Assembly (NCBI GenBank): GCA_002269645.1
Contig: NIVC01000222.1
Span: forward strand, 124,001 to 188,000
Source of the DNA: Macrostomum lignano
Taxonomy: Eukaryota
Length of the DNA: 64,000 nucleotides
Direction of reading: 5' to 3'
The notes under the pieces are model-generated. The model had not been told where the DNA came from and ran no database searches. It worked only from the letters and a program-made list of their open reading frames with translations. The position numbers and the translations under genes were made by a program. Position 1 is the first letter of the stretch. Each line of letters starts with the position of its first letter. Positions 57,172 to 64,000 of this stretch are shown here, one piece after another.

Positions 57172-59350
57172 TTCTCTCTTTCCCTCTCTCTCCTCCTTTC
57201 TCTCTCCTCACATTTTTATATGTATACACACTTATGGAAACATTTTCTATTTTTTTCAGAGCATGTGGATACAGAGCATGATGTATTTGCCACGAGAGAT
57301 CTCAGTCTACAAAAAAGCCACTTGAACTAACAATGACATTGAGGGCTTTCACAACCACTTGAACAGTCGGGCTCAACGCAGTCAGCTCCAGTTCTACCTC
57401 CTGGTCAAGCTGCTGCACAACAAGGGCTGCATGGTCTCTATCGACTTGCGGTTGGTATCACAAGGTCCTCTGAGGTGGTTGCAGCAAAAGAAGTACCGCC
57501 AGCGACAGTCCAAATACTTAAAACTTTGGTCGGAGTATCAAGCTAGAGACTAATTGATTCAGTCACTTCTGGAGGCTTGCAGCAAGCTGAATGGACCGTA
57601 AACTGTCTATGGTGCACCTGCATATGCTTAACTTCTGTAATGCTAAGACTTCTTTGCGTGCTATATATAGCATCTTTGCTTTTAATGCTTTTAATGCATG
57701 TTTATTTCTCTTTCTTTATTTCTGCAATGGAGTGACACAGTGTATGTGCCTGTACTTGCCAATATGCCAAATAAATTTATAACAATCCTTATAGTGCTAT
57801 ATAATGCAAGTCAATTCATTTTGTACTTTATTGTATTTATCGTAAGCATTCATAACGAAATCACCCAACAAACACTGGCTAGCCAGGCCAAAAGCTTACA
57901 AAATCATTGGGCTAACCAGCAGGAAAGTGCACTCTCGAGCTCTCACTTCTCCTAGCTAGATGGGCCCAAAGTGCACTCCCATACAATCAAATGGGAGTAT
58001 ATCAATTGAAAGCTTTCATGGGTGTTTAATAATAATTTGCAGTAGAAAAATCGATGTTTGTTAATATTAATTCGCTTGCATGTAATTTGAAAACAAAATT
58101 TACAGGAATGAGCTAGGGTTCCTATGTTTAACGTTCAACAAAAGCTTTTAAGGCATATTTGTTGTGCTACTATGCATTGCTATGCTGGCCTATGCACTAG
58201 ACTAAACAAGTGAAGGCTTTGTGTACAAGATAAATGAAAGGAGCTTTTCTTAAATTTCTTTTGCATTATTATGTGATTGCTTAAGTAATTTTGTTCTATA
58301 GTTTAAGGCCGGTCACATGTCAATTAATTAATAATATAGGCATTTGAAATATAAATGTAGGTCTAATATTATGAGAAGTAACTTATAAGCTGCTTTTATT
58401 CAATTATAAAAAAACTTCAATTCAATTAAGTTCTATTATTTAGCTATAGCCCTATGTATGTAGGAAAGCCTATTGAGCACTAAGCCTAGACCTAGCTTAT
58501 TGACTTGGTCTTAATGAATAGATTTAGCTAACTAACTAGATAAGAGCCTTAAAAATTTTTCTATCTATCTTCTTTATGTATACCAATAGACCTAGACTAA
58601 ATAACAAACTATAAAACTAAGCCTACAATATTTTATATCAAATACCTGATGTTTTACTTATTTTCCTTTCCTTAGTTCCCCTCTTCCCAAACCTTGGTTT
58701 TCCTCCCTCTAACCCAAGCTTCTCTCCCCATGACCCCTGGCTTCCCTCCTTCCTAATCCTTGGCTTCACTCCTAACCCTTGGCTTCCCTCCCCTGACCTT
58801 GGCTTCTCTCCCCCTGACCCTGGCTTCTCTCCTTACTGACCCTTGGATTCTCTCCTCCCTGACCCTGGCTTCCCTCCCTTGACCCTGGCTTTTCTCCCCT
58901 GACCCTCACTTCTTTCCCCTGATCTTGGCTTCCCTCCCCTGACCCTGGCTTCCCTCCCTTGACCTTGGCTTCCCTCCCTTGATCCTAGCTTCCCTCCCCT
59001 GACCCTGGCTTCTCTCCCCTGACCCTGGCTTCCCTCCCTTGACCCTAGCTTCTCTCCCCCTGACCCTGGCTTCCTTCCCTTGACCCTGGCTTCCCTCCCC
59101 TTGGCTTCCAAAATCAGTTAACCCAATGATTTGTAAGCTTTTGGCCCGGCTAGCCAGTTGTCGTTGTTGTTGGGTGACAAAATATTGAAAATTTTTGTTG
59201 CTTTTTAATAAATCCAGATAAATCACACTTTTTAATCGTAAAGTTTCATTGGCACAAAACACATCTTTTAGCTGTTATTAATTGTTGCTGAAGTGATTTA
59301 AATGTGTTGTGAAATGACTGTCGCCGAAGTGACTTGTTGCCGAAATGATT
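56413..59350 (+). mobile_element. Decayed Mutator/MULE DNA transposon with an intron-containing transposase relic
   Basis: Relic 56769-57600 reads [31 protein letters not shown]...LMALPF, then after an intron SVYKKAT*TNNDIEGFHNHLN. These match MULE DDE motifs. Subterminal GTCACTTCGGCAACA repeats at 56413-56550 have an inverted partial copy at about 59315-59350. The right end is incomplete. Confidence 0.8.
57864..59174. mobile_element. Non-autonomous TIR element nested in the MULE
   Basis: About 55-bp imperfect TIR (CCCAAC...CTGGCTAGCC.GGCCAAAAGCTTACAAA.TCATTGGG.TAAC) at 57864 and inverted at about 59115-59174. It contains a 22-bp array at 58670-59105. TSD not resolved. Confidence 0.7.
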
Positions 59351-60404
59351 GTTATTCATAATATTTAGGCTATACTGTCTAATTAAAAAACTAATAAGCC
59401 ATATAAAAATATTATATTTAAGCCAAAAAAATTATTATAGGCCCTAGCCTAGGGCCTAGCTATAAATTTTATCAGTCAAACCTCTATTTAATATTAGAAT
59501 GGGTATTAAGACTTGTCAAGTTTTTTTTCTTCAACTGGCCTAGTTGCATGGTATAATAAACTCATCAACTAGTTAATTTCTCAACTAGTAAGTTAAGTCA
59601 AAATCAAAATTTGTCAAGTTAAAATTTGTCAAATAGTAGCTGTAACTTTATTATTAACTGATAAATTTGTCAGCATAGTAAATTAATATTAGGTGCACTG
59701 TTTATCTAATAAGTTGAATTGTCTTTTAATTTGTTTCAGTGTATGAAGTTCATGCTTGTAAACAGTTGGTAATAAATTTATTTATTATTTGTATCTCCCT
59801 CTTCTTTTCTTATCCTGGACTTAGGACCAAGCAACACTAGAGTCTTAGAGTTATGGTTTTTTGTTTTTTTGCCTAATTAACAATCATTATCTGCTGATAA
59901 GAAATCAGCAGATCAATTAATAATCAGCAGATCGATTAAGCAATCAATTGACAATTAAAAATTGACGAGTATACCCAGATCTATTAGAATAGGCCTAATT
60001 TAATACTAAATTTAATAAAAGCATAATAAGACAATACTGAGCATAATCGTTTTTCCAACTGAACGTAGCAATGTATGAGTGACTCATGGCCAGGTGGTGA
60101 CTAGGGTTTACTGTGGGCCTTTTCATATTGCTTGCTCTGGTTCCAGAATGTATATAACTTTGGCCGATCGGTTTTTACCGACGTTAAACCGACGTTAAAA
60201 TGTACATAGAAGGAGTGGGGTGGCTGCACACTGATGACAAGTAGAATGGGGTGGCTGACAGGGAAATCCCCAAGGCCACCACAAGGCGCATACCAATAAA
60301 AAGCAAGGCAAACTAAGCAAATGGCGTGATTCTGCATTGATGACTCACTCGACACTCCTTACCTCTGTCTCTGTGCGCAAATACATGTATAACTGTTTGC
60401 TTTT

Positions 60405-61055
60405 AAATACATTGCCGACGTAAACTTTTGCCGACGCTAACTTTTCCCGTTCAAAATACATTGCCGATGTAAACTTTTACCGACGCTAACTTTTTCTATA
60501 AATTATATATTCTAATACATTGCCGATGTAAACTTTTGCCGACGTTAACTTTAATTTCCCGTTCAAAATACATTGCCGACGTAAACTTTTGCTGACGCTA
60601 ACTTTTCCCATTCAAAATACATTGCCGACGTAAACTTTTGCCGACGCTAACTTTTCCCATTCAAAATACATTGCCGACGTAAACTTTTGCCGACGCTAAG
60701 TTTTCCCGTTCAAAATACATTGCCGACGTAAGCTTTTGCCGACGCTAACTTTTCCCATTCAAAATACATTGCCGACGTAAACTTTTGCCGACGCTAAGTT
60801 TTCCCGTTCAAAATACATTGCCGACGTAAGCTTTTGCCGACGCTAACTTTTCCCATTCAAAATACATTGCCGACGTAAACTTTTGCCGACGCTAACTCTT
60901 CCCATTCAGTTTATAGAAATGGGAAATGTGTTAACCCACATTGCCGACTTAAATTATGCTGACACTAACTTTTTCTATAATTATTATATATTCTAATACA
61001 TTGCCGACGTAAACTTTTGCCGACGCTAACTCTTCCTTTTTAAATACATTGCCGA
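60405..61055. repeat. 49-bp tandem array (CAAAATACATTGCCGACGTAAACTTTTGCCGACGCTAACTTTTCCCATT)
   Basis: Unit spacing of 49 bp (60662, 60711). Confidence 0.9.
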
Positions 61056-61070
61056 TGGAAGGGATAGCGA

Positions 61071-61298
61071 CTGGGTTTTTTGAGCGAATGGGTGCGAATA
61101 GCATCCTGGTCTTAAAAATCGCACCCTGAAATTTGACTCAGGCTGCAAAAAGTGCACCAGAATTTTTTACAAGGATGTGATGCGGATTTCAGAATTTAGT
61201 GTTATGGATGTGCAGTGCATCCTGGTCTTGAAAATCGCACCCTGAAATCTAGCACAGGGTGCGAAATCGCACCCAAGTTATGGACGAAAAAAACCCAG
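61071..61298. mobile_element. 228-bp MITE with 8-bp TSD (hAT- or P-like)
   Basis: TIR CTGGGTTTTTT / AAAAAACCCAG. GATAGCGA is duplicated at 61063-61070 and 61299-61306. An internal 32-bp direct repeat is present. Confidence 0.85.
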
Positions 61299-61864
61299 GA
61301 TAGCGACGTTCGCCAGCCGAATTTTGCGAGCCGACGTTCGCCATCCGACGTTTGCCAGCCAACGTTTGCCAGCCAACGTTTGCCAGCCGACGTTTGCCAG
61401 CCGGACATTTGCATGCGGCAATGGGTTAAAGAATTATGCCCTCTCTAGGCTTACATGTACTTGCATTTAAAAACTGCGGACATAGCACCAATATAATGCC
61501 ACATCGCTCCCTTCTACTGCTACTAAATACAGGTTACTAACAAACTACTGCACACTAAAACCCTCTTCGTCTTCTTTTAGTAACAGGTACCAAAGCAACC
61601 CATCTAACCAAGACTGTCTAAACTACATCAGCAGCACCAAAGCGTGGCATAGCGACGTTTTTCAATAGCCGACGTTTGTTAGCAAACATAAAGTCAGTCA
61701 GTGAAAAATTTGGTACTGAAATATTCGCAGTTTATAGCGGTTTGACAAAAACCGTTTTTAGTCCAACTTATTGACGGTTATTCGCATGCATAAATAAATT
61801 TCTAAAATAGAATTTTTATAAATTAATGTCTTTCCTCCTAGATAGATTCGAAGCGGCATGGGGA

Positions 61865-63115
61865 TGGGGAAGTGAAGATCCGATTAGAGCTCTCCCGTGG
61901 TGTACACGTACATCTTAGAGGGAATTTTTTACTTAGACTTAGCAGGGCTCCGTGCATCTGGGGGAGGGGGCCACGGGCAAGGGGACCAGTAAAAGAACCG
62001 GTCCAGCCAGCCTTGGTCAGGCGATCGGCCAGCTCGTTGCCAGGGTGGCCCGAGTGCCCGGGGATCCACTCTATAGGGACACCTTGTTAGATGCGACTAA
62101 GCGGTTGAGCTGCCTGATGCAGTCGAGGACTGTACGATAGCAGGTGATGGTGTGCGCTCAAGGGCGTGGACCGAGTGGAGGATCATCTCCTTCCCCCAGA
62201 CGCGCTGATGGCGCAGGAGCTGATGCGAGAACTTCGTTCTGGAAGACGGTGGAGCAGGTGCCGGTGTGCTGGAAAGAAGGCCACCACAGTTCTCCCTCCA
62301 GACACGATGCAGTAGCCGTAGCCAGAGGCGGAGTTGATTTGGGACCCGTCAGTGAAGCAGTGGATTTCACGGGGTTTCCGGTTGTCCCTAGCCTCATGGC
62401 TTGGTGGAATGCTGGTTTTGAATTAGAGCGGAGGGCAGAGCGTGGACGGAATTCCGTCCGAGAGGGTCAGCAGGCTTCCTACTGCTTCCAGGTCTCGCAG
62501 GCTGTCACCGTGCGGCCGGAGGTTCCGCTTCCTGAAGGCGAACTGCTTCTGGATGGGGACACCCGCGTCAAGCAGACGGCGGGTCGGGTTGGTCTTCTTT
62601 GCCTGCCCTTTGACAAAGAGGTTAAGGGGGAATGTCCAGGAAGGAGTTCATACCAGCACAGGGTGTAGAGGGAGCCGTGTTCATGATAGCTCGACAAGCG
62701 CGGCCTTGCACCCTGCTAAGAGCATCGAGAACCCCTTTCACCTCTAGGGAACTGTTCCAAATGAAGCCGGCGAAGGAGATGGCCGGTCTCACGATGGCAG
62801 AGTAAATCCACCAGAGGCGACGGGGTGTGAGGCCCCAGGTAGCGCCAAAAGCTTTGTAGATCTGCGCAAGAATCGCGAGAGCTTTGCGGGCTTTGGTTTG
62901 GACGTGTGGAGTCCAGTTCAACCTGTGGTCGAGAGGGTGATGCCCAGACATCTGGTTTGTTTCTCCATGGCAACGGGTTTGTCATAGAGGGAGAGCGGTT
63001 CGATCGTCCAGTTTCGGCGGCTGGTGAACATAATAGCCACGGTTTTAGACTCAGAGAACCTGAGACCCCGGCTCCAGGTCCAGCTACAGCGGCTATACCA
63101 CGCTTTGATGCTGAT
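61865..63115 (-). mobile_element. 5'-truncated, frameshifted non-LTR retrotransposon fragment (RT C-terminus plus RNase H; LOA/I/R1-like)
   Basis: SKTVAIMFT..., CLGITL, LNWTPHV, WGLTPRRLWWIYSAIVRP, then RNase H motifs CFTDGS, TVFQNEV and WIPGHSGHPGNELADRL.K.G, spread across frames. Confidence 0.88.
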
Positions 63116-63599
63116 AGATGTACATGTAGTTCGGATACTTTTGGTTAAACCGGTTGCTTTGATACCTTTTACTGTTGCTAAATGCCTGCGGAGCCAAAAT
63201 GAATGCATTCGGCGCCAAAAATGAGCGATGAGAACACCGATTCTGAAAAAATGTACATGTACGACTTCAGTCATGTACATGTAGATGTAGAATTCCCGGC
63301 TTTGCCCCCCCACAATAAAATCCATGGCGACGCGGCGCTGGCCAATTCACCAGACCTGGCACCCTCAAACTTTATATTCGTAATTACATGTAAGCTGCTC
63401 TGTCAACTTTTGCATGTAAATAAGCGACCGCTCCGCGGGCCCCATTTCGAGTTTAACGAAGAGCTATAAGTCTCTAGGAACCTAACCCCTTGCCAACCAG
63501 TGGCTGGAGAATCAATCGGCAGAGTTCTACACGTACACATGTACACTAGCGACATCCGGGCGCTGCGCGACCGATTTCAAGAAGTGAATTGATCGCCAG

Positions 63600-64000
63600 G
63601 GAGGTTGACTTAACTTGATTTAGCTGCAGGGGGCGTCCGGCGGATGCAGCGAGGAGGCGGAGGAGACCGCCCATTCCGCTAGCCCCTGGAGACCATGACT
63701 TCCATCGAAGTGATGTCGCTCAGGGGGACCCGTCGGTCTCGCCTGCAGCGCGGTCCTCCTCACCGGCGGTGGGGAAGAAATAAGCTCTCCCGTGTCCCTG
63801 AGGTACCGGGCGAGCAGCGGAATGCTCTCGGGCCTGCAAACGTCGGAGAGAACCGGGTTTGGCCCGAGGTGAGTGAGCCTGGCCCTGGTGAAAACCGGGC
63901 AGTGGCAGATAAAATGCTCGGCGAGCGGGGAAGGGGCACCGTTCCTCGGGTACTTGGCCCTGAAGGAAGCGGTGGCGAGAAGCAGCCATGCCCGGAGAAG
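63600..64000 (-). mobile_element. 3' end of a second non-LTR retrotransposon (CCHC zinc-knuckle tail plus 3' UTR)
   Basis: SGHGCF...CPF...AEHFICHCP...R..HLG...L.RYLRDTG across frameshifts. It runs off the window end. Confidence 0.75.

Overview
Metazoan genomic DNA, not prokaryotic: GT-AG introns, GC-rich exons, and introns often filled with minisatellites. The style suggests a free-living flatworm such as Macrostomum, but that is inference only. I could build seven genes with consistent exon phases. On the + strand: an RRM plus coiled-coil protein, an SRR1-domain protein, an intron-containing amidase-signature enzyme resembling bacterial amidases, an intronless B-box-like/coiled-coil/NHL-like protein, and a 22-exon modular trypsin-like protease (SRCR-CTL-kringle-LDLa2-PAN-LDLa-SRCR-LDLa-SRCR-trypsin). 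On the - strand: a GAS2-like protein and a CCDC88 (Girdin/Daple)-like protein. There is also an alpha-1,3-fucosyltransferase pseudogene. Mobile DNA includes a decayed Crypton-type tyrosine-recombinase element with inverted ends plus a truncated second copy, five MITEs with exact target-site duplications, a MULE transposase relic, a tRNA-headed SINE and two non-LTR retrotransposon fragments. The most striking patterns are (1) intronic tandem arrays whose repeat unit begins with, or contains, a copy of that intron's own 5' splice site, (2) a 28-bp minisatellite that is sense to the nearest gene at all five loci, (3) the tyrosine-recombinase element with a palindromic head-to-tail junction, and (4) a roughly 100-aa Arg/Gly/Ser stretch inside the protease kringle.
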